Positions 37,390 through 45,767 of a DNA stretch of 50,885 bases are shown piece after piece. The notes beneath the pieces were generated by a model, which saw nothing but the letters and a program-made list of their open reading frames with translations, made no database searches and was not told the origin of the DNA. Location: positions 1-50,885 of the forward strand of contig JBEKVW010000001.1 in the NCBI GenBank assembly GCA_049513695.1, written 5' to 3'. The first letter of the stretch is position 1. Each line of letters opens with the position of its first letter. The DNA comes from Dehalococcoidia bacterium (lineage in GTDB: Bacteria; Chloroflexota; Dehalococcoidia; GIF9; UBA5629). The position numbers and the translations under genes were made by a program.

Positions 37390-38253
37390 ATGATTAAGTT
37401 AAAGGAATATCTGCCCCAAATTGAGGACCTGATCGATAGGGCCCTTGAAGAAGATCTGGCCTCAGGCGACATCACCACGGATTCTGTAATTCCGCCGCAT
37501 GCCAAGGGCAAAGCAAGCTTCATATCCAGGTCCACAGGGATACTGGCAGGGATCGAAATAGCCGGTATGGTATTTCTCAAAGTAGACCCCTTTTTAAAAT
37601 TCTCAGCACTCATTGCTGATGGGACTGCTGTAAAACCGAACGATATCCTGGCTACCGTTTCAGGGAATACCGCCAACATATTGAAGGCTGAGAGGACCGC
37701 TTTGAACTTCGTCCAGCACCTCAGTGGCGTTGCCACATTGACAGCCCGGTATGTGGAACTTGTAAAAGGATTACCGGTGAAGATCCTGGATACCCGAAAA
37801 ACCGTTCCCGGCCTGAGGGTACTTGAAAAGTACGCTGTCTCGGTCGGCGGCGGCACCAATCATCGCCTGGGCCTGGCAGATTTGATCTTGATTAAGGATA
37901 ACCACATAGCCGTCTTGCACAAACGCGGGCTGGAAATCAAAGAGATCATCCGGCAATCGCGCAGCAAAGTAGCCCCGAATATCAGGATTGAAATAGAGAC
38001 CACCAATCCAGAAGATGCACTGGCGGCAGCCGACGCCGGTGCAGACATCGTAATGCTGGATAATATGAGTTTGGACGAAATGCGCAGTGCTGTAGAACTG
38101 GTAAATCATAAAGCAATCCTGGAAGCCTCGGGAGGTGTAAACCTAGAGACGGTACGTTCAATTGCGGAAACGGGAGTGGATTGGATTTCGGTGGGAGCAC
38201 TGACCCATTCTGCCCGAACACTGGACATCAGCCTCGAATTGGTTGAGTATTAA
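37390..38253 (+). CDS. nadC: Nicotinate-nucleotide diphosphorylase (carboxylating)
   Basis: 287 aa. EDLASGDITT, ERTALNFVQHLSGVAT, ILDTRKT.PGLR, IKDNH, MLDNM and SGG. Confidence 0.93.
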   Translation: MIKLKEYLPQIEDLIDRALEEDLASGDITTDSVIPPHAKGKASFISRSTGILAGIEIAGMVFLKVDPFLKFSALIADGTAVKPNDILATVSGNTANILKAERTALNFVQHLSGVATLTARYVELVKGLPVKILDTRKTVPGLRVLEKYAVSVGGGTNHRLGLADLILIKDNHIAVLHKRGLEIKEIIRQSRSKVAPNIRIEIETTNPEDALAAADAGADIVMLDNMSLDEMRSAVELVNHKAILEASGGVNLETVRSIAETGVDWISVGALTHSARTLDISLELVEY

Positions 38254-38299
38254 GCTACAACATACAAGAGCAGCGACTATTTAATTATTTTATTTATCT

Positions 38300-39115
38300 T
38301 CAATGTTCGTGCCTATGCTCATGCAAATGCGGATGGCGGTGCACAAGCTCTTTATGCCTGTGTGAATGTTCGTGGACAAGGTTGTTGCGGAGAAGAAAAT
38401 CAGAATCAGAGAGGAACTCTTCCGGCTTTCCATCAGCTACTATATCGTGGCCGGCTCCCATAACTATGACGCGTGTAGCAATCTCTTCTACTACGTCTAA
38501 ATCCTGCGTGCTGAATACCAATACCTTATCTTTATCTGCCCACTGCAGGAGGAAATCAATGAGATTTCCCTGACTCCAGGGGTCGAGGCCGGTCGTGGGC
38601 TCGTCAAGCAGCAATACTTGGGGGCGTAGCGATAGAACGCAAGCCAGCGAAACCTTCTTTTTCTCGCCACCCGATAACAGATAGGGAGGGCGCTCTCTAA
38701 GACTGCCTATGTTCAGCAATGCCAGTGCTTCGTTGGCTCTGGATATCACTTCATCCTTAGAAATGCCCAATTGAAGAGGGCCGAAGGTTACTTCGTCCCA
38801 GACTGTTGGAGAGAAAAGCTGTACATCGGGGTCCTGGAATACAAACCCAACGCGGCGGCGAAATTCAGCTGCCCTATTTCCGGTTTCCAATACACTCTCG
38901 GACAGCTTCATTCCGAAAGCTTGCAACTCCCCGGCGGTAGGGAATAGCAGCCCATCAAGAAGTTTGAGCAGAGTGCTCTTACCCGAACCATTGGCCCCCA
39001 CCAGGGCCACAAGCTCACCCGCCCCGATCTTGAAGCATATCTGCCTTAAAGCTGAGATACCTCCCGGATAATCATAGTTCAGGTTCTTCGCTATATATAT
39101 AAAGGTACTATCCAT
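38300..39115 (-). CDS. ECF/ABC-type Ni/Co transporter ATP-binding protein (CbiO/NikO) with His-rich C-terminal tail
   Basis: Walker A GANGSGKST, signature LSGGEKKKV and Walker B LLLDEP. The tail reads HEHSHRHKELVHRHPHLHEHRHEH. I prefer the ATG at 39115 (6 nt after the nikQ stop) over the ORF-track TTG at 39139. Confidence 0.88.
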   Translation of the reverse strand: MDSTFIYIAKNLNYDYPGGISALRQICFKIGAGELVALVGANGSGKSTLLKLLDGLLFPTAGELQAFGMKLSESVLETGNRAAEFRRRVGFVFQDPDVQLFSPTVWDEVTFGPLQLGISKDEVISRANEALALLNIGSLRERPPYLLSGGEKKKVSLACVLSLRPQVLLLDEPTTGLDPWSQGNLIDFLLQWADKDKVLVFSTQDLDVVEEIATRVIVMGAGHDIVADGKPEEFLSDSDFLLRNNLVHEHSHRHKELVHRHPHLHEHRHEH

Positions 39116-39120
39116 TGAAC

Positions 39121-39939
39121 TCACCGGTAAATACTCCAAAACATTAAGGATACGGCTACAAGGGTAAAAGCCATCCAGATAAAATCCCGACTTCTTAAGC
39201 TAAGTTCATTTAAGGTACGTATTTCTCCCTGGTAACCGCGTGACAGCATGGCCAGGTAGACCTCCTCGCTCAAATATTGTGATTTGACCATGGTTGTAGC
39301 CAGAGCCCGCCCCAGCCATCGCCTATTTTCCGCTCCTGAGAAGCCGCCTATCGTACGGCTCTGCCTGGCCAGGAACATAGAGTTGGTGGTGTGCAGCAAC
39401 AGGAATATGTAGCGATAAGTCATGCCCAAGACATCTACTATAAGCGACGGCAAACGAAGCCAGCGCAAAGCCACCAGGAATTTTGTCCAGGGCGTGGTAA
39501 AAATTAGAAGCAAGCCCAGGGATAGTGAGTCGACTACCCGCATAATGAGGAGTCCTGCGGTACGCGCCCCCTGCGCAGTGATAACGGCCTGACCGGCTAT
39601 GATTACGAGCGGAGTTCCCGGTGTAATAAAAATCGCCGGGATGGCAATTACAGCAGTAAACACCGGTATGAATATGAATAGCCGTTTGAGAAAAAATGCC
39701 ACCGGTATCTTTGATAACAGGACCAAAACCAGGGCCAGGATAAAAATGGCTATTAATACGGGGAAATCCTGTGCCAGCCCGACAAAGATAATAAAGATCA
39801 ATAAAGTTACCGCCTTTACCCTGGGGTCCAGGCTCTGCATGAACCCCGAGATACGGCACAGGTTCTCAGTTACAAGCACCGATTCCAGCGCCTGAGTAAA
39901 GCCTGCGATATTTCTGGCTAGAAAACCCCCACCGGTCAC
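39121..39939 (-). CDS. ECF transporter transmembrane (T) component CbiQ/NikQ
   Basis: Multi-TM protein with the LDPRVK motif and the conserved ARQSR/AM.SRGY region. The start is ambiguous. A GTG at 39939 lies immediately after the nikMN stop. The ORF-track TTG at 39999 would overlap nikMN by 58 nt. Confidence 0.8.
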   Translation of the reverse strand: MTGGGFLARNIAGFTQALESVLVTENLCRISGFMQSLDPRVKAVTLLIFIIFVGLAQDFPVLIAIFILALVLVLLSKIPVAFFLKRLFIFIPVFTAVIAIPAIFITPGTPLVIIAGQAVITAQGARTAGLLIMRVVDSLSLGLLLIFTTPWTKFLVALRWLRLPSLIVDVLGMTYRYIFLLLHTTNSMFLARQSRTIGGFSGAENRRWLGRALATTMVKSQYLSEEVYLAMLSRGYQGEIRTLNELSLRSRDFIWMAFTLVAVSLMFWSIYR

Positions 39940-39941
39940 AC

Positions 39942-40967
39942 CTAAGATACCCCCGTGGAAGTAGGATTTTGCTTTATCCTTTTCTTGCGGCTGATCCAAC
40001 GGCCAAGCATCCAGAGAAGGAAACCTACTACAGCGATACCTATTAAGGCCGAGAGAATGTATCCCGCAATATTCCCTATCGTTGGGATAGTATAGTCAGG
40101 CAGCGGAGCATGCCAAATACCCGACATTCGCCCCAGCCCCTGAGGTATATATCCCAAGATCTCCTTCAGTTCATTTGCACCCCATTCGGCCCAGGCTGTT
40201 CCAGAGGCCAACAACCCTAGAGGTGTGGCAAAGGCCAGCACTACCAGGGCGCCAGCCCACACGAACCACAGCTTGCCCTCGTCCTTTTGCGAGGCTTGCC
40301 TACTGAGAAAAGCTGAGTGCGATTTTTGCAAATAGAAGAAAACGAGCCCGGTCACGATGGCTTCAGCTGGCCCGGCTATAGCAAGGTGGCCGATTGCCAT
40401 GGCAGGTATAGCTATATTCAGACTGTAGGGAGCGTATAGGGGAGTGCCGTCGGCCGCATGAAATAAGAGCGGCTGAAGTCCCAGCTCAAGTCCTGCGACT
40501 AAAGCGGCGGCGATTATGCCGAAATAGCTGCCGACAATAGTGCCCGCCAACCGGCGTGCGGAATTAATATCCGAATTGCCGCTTATCACTTTATATATAA
40601 AATAGCCGACCATGGGCAAGACCACGGCCATATTGAAGCAGTTGGCGCCGAAGGTCGTTAGTCCTCCGTCTCCAAATAGTAAAGCCTGGATAGCCAGAAC
40701 AACCGACACGCTCAATACCGCCGCCCATGGGCCAAGTATAATTGCTACCAGTGTACCTCCAACAGCGTGACCGGTGGTTCCTCCGGGCAAAGGAATATTG
40801 AACATCATCAAAATGAATGTAAAAGCGGAAAACAGGGCCAGCGCCGGGACAGTCCGGTGAGTCAGGACCTTACGCACACGTTGAACCGCTACATACCAAA
40901 AAGGCGCCGAGACAACGTACATTGTCCCGCATGTAACAGGGCTGAGGTAGCCATCGGGTATATGTAT
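39942..40967 (-). CDS. Fused NikM/CbiM substrate-capture component with C-terminal PDGLE/NikN-like TM domain; non-canonical ATA start inferred
   Basis: Conserved CbiM/NikM core: GGTTGHAVGGTLVAIILGPWAA and LLFGDGGLTTFGANCFNMA. The ORF track starts at the ATG at 40922. However, 15 in-frame codons upstream encode (I)HIPDGYLSPVTCGT, the hallmark Met-His-Ile-Pro-Asp-Gly N-terminus. AGGAGG lies 6 nt upstream of the ATA at 40967-40965. Confidence 0.8.
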   Translation of the reverse strand: MHIPDGYLSPVTCGTMYVVSAPFWYVAVQRVRKVLTHRTVPALALFSAFTFILMMFNIPLPGGTTGHAVGGTLVAIILGPWAAVLSVSVVLAIQALLFGDGGLTTFGANCFNMAVVLPMVGYFIYKVISGNSDINSARRLAGTIVGSYFGIIAAALVAGLELGLQPLLFHAADGTPLYAPYSLNIAIPAMAIGHLAIAGPAEAIVTGLVFFYLQKSHSAFLSRQASQKDEGKLWFVWAGALVVLAFATPLGLLASGTAWAEWGANELKEILGYIPQGLGRMSGIWHAPLPDYTIPTIGNIAGYILSALIGIAVVGFLLWMLGRWISRKKRIKQNPTSTGVS

Positions 40968-40991
40968 GGGGATCCTCCTGGTGATTTTAAA

Positions 40992-41408
40992 TTAGATTTT
41001 TTTCTGGCACTTCGAGCACAGCCCGAAAATAGCGAGGTGATTGATATCGGCTTTAAACCGGTGATTTTTAATGAGGGACTTTTCAAGCGGCTCCAGGTCG
41101 GATTCCGGCATATCCAGCATACTGCCGCATTTGGTACAGACCAGGTGGTGATGTCTGCTGTTTTCCCTGGCGTGGTAACGCACTATGCCGTCACCCATGC
41201 TTATTTCGGCAGCTAATCCGAGCTCTTTCAGCAACTCAAGCGTGCGGTAGACTGTGGAAATATTAGCATAGGGGTATTTCTCACGAACACGATGGAAAAT
41301 CTGTTCTGCGCTAATATGGCGTTTGGCCCCGTGAAGCGCATCTACTACCATGATTCGTTGGGGCGTAAGACGGTATCCCCTTTCCAATAAAGCTTTTATG
41401 CAACTCAT
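40992..41408 (-). CDS. Fur family metal-responsive transcriptional regulator (Nur/Zur-like candidate)
   Basis: RLTPQRIMVVDAL, ISTVYRTLELL, HHHHLVCTKCG and GLCSKC. I prefer the ATG at 41408 (MSCIKALLERGY...) to the ORF-track TTG at 41456, whose extra 16 aa overlap the predicted promoter. Confidence 0.85.
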   Translation of the reverse strand: MSCIKALLERGYRLTPQRIMVVDALHGAKRHISAEQIFHRVREKYPYANISTVYRTLELLKELGLAAEISMGDGIVRYHARENSRHHHLVCTKCGSMLDMPESDLEPLEKSLIKNHRFKADINHLAIFGLCSKCQKKI

Positions 41409-41417
41409 AATGCAACT

Positions 41418-41459
41418 ATTATGGCAAAGAATAACTGAAATTGCAATTAGTCGCAATTG
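41418..41459 (-). promoter_or_regulatory. Predicted promoter plus palindromic operator of the fur-nikMNQO operon
   Basis: Minus strand reads TTGCAA (41446-41441), a 17-nt spacer, then CATAAT (41423-41418). The -35 is embedded in the perfect palindrome AATTGCAATT (41439-41448). A second GCAATT/CAATTG lies 10 nt away (41453-41459). Confidence 0.5.
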
Positions 41460-41470
41460 ATAGTGATTGC

Positions 41471-41926
41471 TTATGCAGTCAGTTTGTCTTTGCTGTCCAG
41501 CATTATGGTAACCGGACCGTCGTTGAGAATTTTTACCAGCATATGGGCGCCAAAGCTACCTTTTTCAACCCTGAGCCCGGATTCACTTAACTTATCAATA
41601 AAATAATAGTATAGGGTTTGCGCCCTGTCCGGAAGCGCTGCCGAGGTAAAGCTGGGACGGCGGCCTTTTCTGGCATCTGCCAGTAGGGTAAACTGGCTGA
41701 TGACCAGCAGTTCGGCCTTGACCTGGAGCGCAGACAGGTTAAATTTGCCTTCATCATCGTTGAAAACTCTCAGGTTCACAATCTTATCTGCAAGGTAATC
41801 GGCATCTTTTTCCGAATCGTCCGCCGCTACACCCAGTAGGACCACGAACCCGGACCCTATCTCGCCCAATACCTTGTCATCCACTGTGACGATTGCCCCT
41901 GTTACCCTCTGTAATAGCGCTTTCAC
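41471..41926 (-). CDS. dtd: D-aminoacyl-tRNA deacylase
   Basis: The Dtd family begins at (V)KALLQRV. Also present: FVVLLGV, SQFTLLADARKGRRPSF and GAHM.V.L.NDGPVT. A GTG at 41926 is preceded by AGGGGA, and a TTGTTT-17-TACAAT promoter candidate lies upstream. The ORF-track ATG at 42016 adds 30 atypical residues. Confidence 0.88.
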   Translation of the reverse strand: MKALLQRVTGAIVTVDDKVLGEIGSGFVVLLGVAADDSEKDADYLADKIVNLRVFNDDEGKFNLSALQVKAELLVISQFTLLADARKGRRPSFTSAALPDRAQTLYYYFIDKLSESGLRVEKGSFGAHMLVKILNDGPVTIMLDSKDKLTA

Positions 41927-42067
41927 AACGTTCCCCTGGCAATTATTACCGGCAATATTGTAGTAAATCGGGTTATTGTAAACAAACATTGATGGTGCTA
42001 ATATTATCGGGCTCAAAGCACCGGCTTATAAATCCCATCAGGGGTTAGCCATTCGTATTTCATCCGA

Positions 42068-42096
42068 TTGACACCCCAGGAGGCTTGGGCTACAAT
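42068..42096 (+). promoter_or_regulatory. Predicted sigma70 promoter of the DUF151 nuclease gene
   Basis: TTGACA (42068-42073), a 17-nt spacer, then TACAAT (42091-42096). This is 33 nt upstream of the ATG at 42130 (SD GGAG). Confidence 0.6.
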
Positions 42097-42129
42097 CACA
42101 TTTAAGCCGTCTGCTCTGGAGAACTCTTA

Positions 42130-42915
42130 ATGAAAGAAATGCAAATCGACAGCATACGGGTTAGCCTGATGAACTACCAGCACGTGGTAATCCTCAAGGA
42201 AAGGCAAACCGACCGTTATCTTCCCATTTGGATAGGTCCTGCCGAGGCGGATGCCATTTCGATGAAGCTTCAGAACGTAGATGTATCCAGGCCGATGACG
42301 CATGACCTGCTGAAAAACACTATTTTTGCTCTCGAGTCTTTATCCGGCACTACCATCAACAGGATCGTGGTCAACGACCTGCGCTCCGATACCTTTTATG
42401 CCCAGATTGTATTCGAGTTCAACGAAGGCCCCCCTGTAATTGAAATTGAAGCTCAGGGTGGCGGCAACAAGGTGCGTGATTTCGAGAACGATTCCAGGCT
42501 TTCGCTCACATGGCAGGGCCGGGAATTTAAATCCACAATTGTGCGCAAATGGTTGGACTCCAAGAAGCACTTCATGGAAGTTGACGGCGGCGAAGGGTGG
42601 ATGTTTGAAGTCTTCTATGACGAGCATAATAAACGCTGGCTGCTGACTAAAATGAAGCTGGATTCACGTCCGAGCGATGCCATAGCACTGGCGGTCAGGG
42701 TAACTGCGCCCATTTACGCCGAAGAATCAGTCCTGGATAAGGCCGGCATCATCCTCGATGCAGAAACCGGTAAAATTACTCCGCAGACCAAGTCTGCCGA
42801 GGCTAACGCCGCGCAGCAGGAACAGGTTGACGAGCAGGAATTGAAGAAGCTTTCGGCTTTCTATGATTTCATCAATGGACTCGATCTCGATGATTTCGGC
42901 AAGAAAAAGGGTTAA
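42130..42915 (+). CDS. Bifunctional nuclease (DUF151) family protein with a large internal insertion
   Basis: 261 aa. Family motifs VVILKERQTDRYLPIWIGPAEADAI, RPMTHDLL, DTFYAQI and DSRPSDAIALAVR. Acidic C-terminal tail with LDLDDF. Confidence 0.8.
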   Translation: MKEMQIDSIRVSLMNYQHVVILKERQTDRYLPIWIGPAEADAISMKLQNVDVSRPMTHDLLKNTIFALESLSGTTINRIVVNDLRSDTFYAQIVFEFNEGPPVIEIEAQGGGNKVRDFENDSRLSLTWQGREFKSTIVRKWLDSKKHFMEVDGGEGWMFEVFYDEHNKRWLLTKMKLDSRPSDAIALAVRVTAPIYAEESVLDKAGIILDAETGKITPQTKSAEANAAQQEQVDEQELKKLSAFYDFINGLDLDDFGKKKG

Positions 42916-43065
42916 GCCTTGAATTCCTGAAATAAGTTGGCCCCTGCATGACTTTACAATTGTAAGCACCAGCATTGCTTAAAATGCGTAATTGCTAAGG
43001 CGTATCGGAGCACCCAAAAAAATCAATGGAAATTCCGTTGACGGATAAAAGTTGGACTTGTTATA

Positions 43066-43368
43066 ATGCCTGTGCTTAGACAAGATAAGGAACAGAAATC
43101 AGAAAAAAGACAGCTGCTAAGATCGTTCTGGTTTCTTTTTAACGTAGGTTGGTACGTCGCACTTAGCATGGTCGTGCCAATACTAATTGGTAAGTGGTTG
43201 GATGATCCCGAGAGATTGAACAGCGGATTACTGTGCACGTTAATAGGATTTATCACGGGAACCATGGTGGCAGCATACGGACTATACCGTATGCTGCGCC
43301 AGCTAATAAAAGAGCAAAAAGACATGGACGCCAAAAAGAACTCGATAAAGGAGCAGGACAGTGAGTAA
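43066..43368 (+). CDS. AtpZ/AtpI family small membrane protein of the atp operon
   Basis: 100 aa with two TM helices (FLFNVGWYVALSMVVPILIGKWLD ... LIGFITGTMVAAYGLYRML). It is the first gene of the atp cluster. The start codon is uncertain (see findings). Confidence 0.7.
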   Translation: MPVLRQDKEQKSEKRQLLRSFWFLFNVGWYVALSMVVPILIGKWLDDPERLNSGLLCTLIGFITGTMVAAYGLYRMLRQLIKEQKDMDAKKNSIKEQDSE

Positions 43369-44329
43369 ACTCGGTTGCTCCAGCCGTTTAATGGTAATCC
43401 TGGGCATTATAGTCCTGGCGCTCTTCCTGACGTCGTTTGTCATGGGACCGCTCGGCAGCAAGTTTTTCAATATCCAGGTCCCCAAGGACCTGCAGGTATC
43501 GAAACCCTTCGTACAGCTTCCTTCCGAACCGATTTTCCACATAGGCGGATTCAACATCACCAACACCGTTTTAGCGTCGTGGGTTACCATCCTGGTGCTG
43601 TTTCTGCTGTTCTTCTCCGCCACCAGGAAGATGAAAATCATACCTGGCAGAATGCAGAGTTTTGCCGAAGTAGTGGTCGAGGGCATCTATAATACCATTG
43701 AGGGCGTAGCAGGAGAAAAACACGTACGTACGTTTTTCCCCCTTATTACTACCATATTTTTGTACGTCGTCACCAACGCTCTGCTGGCCCTTATACCCCT
43801 GTGGGGCACCTGGGGCCCGGTTGAACACAGTGCCGAGGGCACGGTCATCATCCCGTTCCTGCGGGCAGCCAATACCGATGTTAATCTTACCCTTTCTATT
43901 GCCCTTATATCTTTTTGCTTTATTGAATATCTTGGCTTCAGCAAGATCGGCCCGCTCAAATATATCGATTCATTCTTCAAGTTCAGCGAGCTGGGCAAAG
44001 CCTTCGGAAAGCTTTTCAAGGGCGACGCCAAATCATTTATCAGCGGTTTTGCTTTCGGTTTCATAAATATATATGTAGGGTTGCTGGAAATTTTAAGCCA
44101 CTTTATCAGGATAGTAAGCTTTACCTTCCGTCTATTTGGCAATATGACTGCCGGTGAAATATTGCTCGGCGTAATGACCTTTCTGGTAGCTTTTATAGCT
44201 CCCGTCCCATTCTACGGGCTTGAAACCCTGGTCGGTTTCCTTCAGGCTATGATCTTTGCCGGGTTAACACTGGTATTCGGAGTTATGGCAGTAACCTCGC
44301 ACCATGAAGAGGGTGCTGAACAACATTAA
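43361..44329 (+). CDS. atpB: F0F1 ATP synthase subunit a
   Basis: 322 aa, GTG start. Conserved Arg region SFTFRLFGNMTAGEILL. Confidence 0.92.
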   Translation: MSKLGCSSRLMVILGIIVLALFLTSFVMGPLGSKFFNIQVPKDLQVSKPFVQLPSEPIFHIGGFNITNTVLASWVTILVLFLLFFSATRKMKIIPGRMQSFAEVVVEGIYNTIEGVAGEKHVRTFFPLITTIFLYVVTNALLALIPLWGTWGPVEHSAEGTVIIPFLRAANTDVNLTLSIALISFCFIEYLGFSKIGPLKYIDSFFKFSELGKAFGKLFKGDAKSFISGFAFGFINIYVGLLEILSHFIRIVSFTFRLFGNMTAGEILLGVMTFLVAFIAPVPFYGLETLVGFLQAMIFAGLTLVFGVMAVTSHHEEGAEQH

Positions 44330-44360
44330 TAATTACGGACAAGTAAAAAGGAGGAATTAG

Positions 44361-44591
<231 letters not shown>

Positions 44592-44698
44592 TAACTATGA
44601 AAGGCAGGGCACGTACTTGGTTGCGCGCCCGCCCGGTGACGGAAATTATAGCTGGCACCGCATGAGAAAATACAGGAAAATGGAAGTTTGAGGTAAAT

Positions 44699-45199
44699 AT
44701 GGAAAGTATCGGCATCAATTGGCAACTGCTGGTTGCTTTTCTGGTCAACTTCCTTGTTTTGTTCGGCCTTCTCACCGCAATCCTGTACAAGCCGGTCCTC
44801 AAGATGCTGGACGAAAGACAGGCTAAGATAAAGGAAAGCCTTGAACAGGCAGAGAAAATTAAGGAGCAGACGAGCCGCAGCGAAGAGCAGATCAAAGCAG
44901 CGGTTGTAGCTGCACGCAAAGAAGGGCAGGTGATAATTGCCCAAGCCTCCCAGATTGCTGAGAAAATGAAGGAAGAGGCCAAAGACGGAGCGCGCAGGGA
45001 AGCAGACTCTATCATCACCAAAGCCAGAGCTGAGATCAAACTGGAGCGCGACAAGTCCATTGCAGAGTTGCGATCAGAGTTCTCCAACCTTACTGTCCTC
45101 GCAGCAGAGAAGGTAATTAAGGAATCACTGGACGCACACAAACACACCAAACTTATCAATGAGGTCCTAGACCAGAGCAACACTTTTAAACGGAATTAG
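44699..45199 (+). CDS. atpF: F0F1 ATP synthase subunit b
   Basis: 166 aa. One N-terminal TM helix followed by a long charged helix (LDERQAKIKESLEQAEK...). Confidence 0.9.
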   Translation: MESIGINWQLLVAFLVNFLVLFGLLTAILYKPVLKMLDERQAKIKESLEQAEKIKEQTSRSEEQIKAAVVAARKEGQVIIAQASQIAEKMKEEAKDGARREADSIITKARAEIKLERDKSIAELRSEFSNLTVLAAEKVIKESLDAHKHTKLINEVLDQSNTFKRN

Positions 45200-45212
45200 A
45201 TAGGATAGCTAA

Positions 45213-45752
45213 ATGATATCAACGATTTCTGCCAGGCGTTATGCTCAAGCGATTTTTCAGATCGCAGAGGCGAATAAGAACCTGGATGAATGGCAAAAAG
45301 AGCTCGGCAAGCTTGCCGAGCTCATGAAAGATCGTGAGATGGTAAACCTGATCGATCACCCTAAAGTGCCGTTCAATCTAAAATCAGAGCTGATCAAACA
45401 GAAGCTTAAGACGTCAAACGAGCTTGTCCTTAACCTGTGCTACCTGCTAATTTTAAAGGATAAGTTAAAGAACGTGGACCAAATAGCAGATGAATACGGA
45501 GCACTCCTTGATGAGCAGCGCGGCATCAAGCATGCCCTGGTAACGACGGCTGTCGCTATCGACGATACTGAAAAGCAGAGGATTGCAGGCCAGCTCGAAA
45601 AAATAACTGGAAAGAAAGTATCAGTTAAGCTCCAGGTCAACCCGTCCATAGTCGGCGGGATGGTCGCCAGAATCGGAGACACCTTAATCGACGGCAGCGT
45701 CCGCAACAAGCTGGACCTGCTCAGGAGAGACCTGGTAGAAGCTAGTAAATAA
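45213..45752 (+). CDS. atpH: F0F1 ATP synthase subunit delta
   Basis: 179 aa. ARRYAQAIFQIA and VNPSIVGGMVARIGDTLIDGSVR. Confidence 0.9.
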   Translation: MISTISARRYAQAIFQIAEANKNLDEWQKELGKLAELMKDREMVNLIDHPKVPFNLKSELIKQKLKTSNELVLNLCYLLILKDKLKNVDQIADEYGALLDEQRGIKHALVTTAVAIDDTEKQRIAGQLEKITGKKVSVKLQVNPSIVGGMVARIGDTLIDGSVRNKLDLLRRDLVEASK

Positions 45753-45767
45753 ACAACCTTTAAGGGG

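Noticed and set aside
40968-41470. A B12 or NiCo riboswitch controlling the cbiM/nikM-type transporter.
   Set aside because: The transporter gene follows the Fur-family gene after only 24 nt, and the operon leader is about 10 nt. There is no room for a riboswitch, so control appears to be protein-based.
41927-42016. N-terminal extensions proposed by the ORF track for dtd (ATG 42016), the Fur-family gene (TTG 41456), atpD (48139), atpC (49473), nikO (TTG 39139) and nikQ (TTG 39999).
   Set aside because: In each case the family-typical N-terminus begins at a downstream start with better SD or operon spacing. The extension either overlaps the upstream gene or a predicted promoter, or adds atypical residues.
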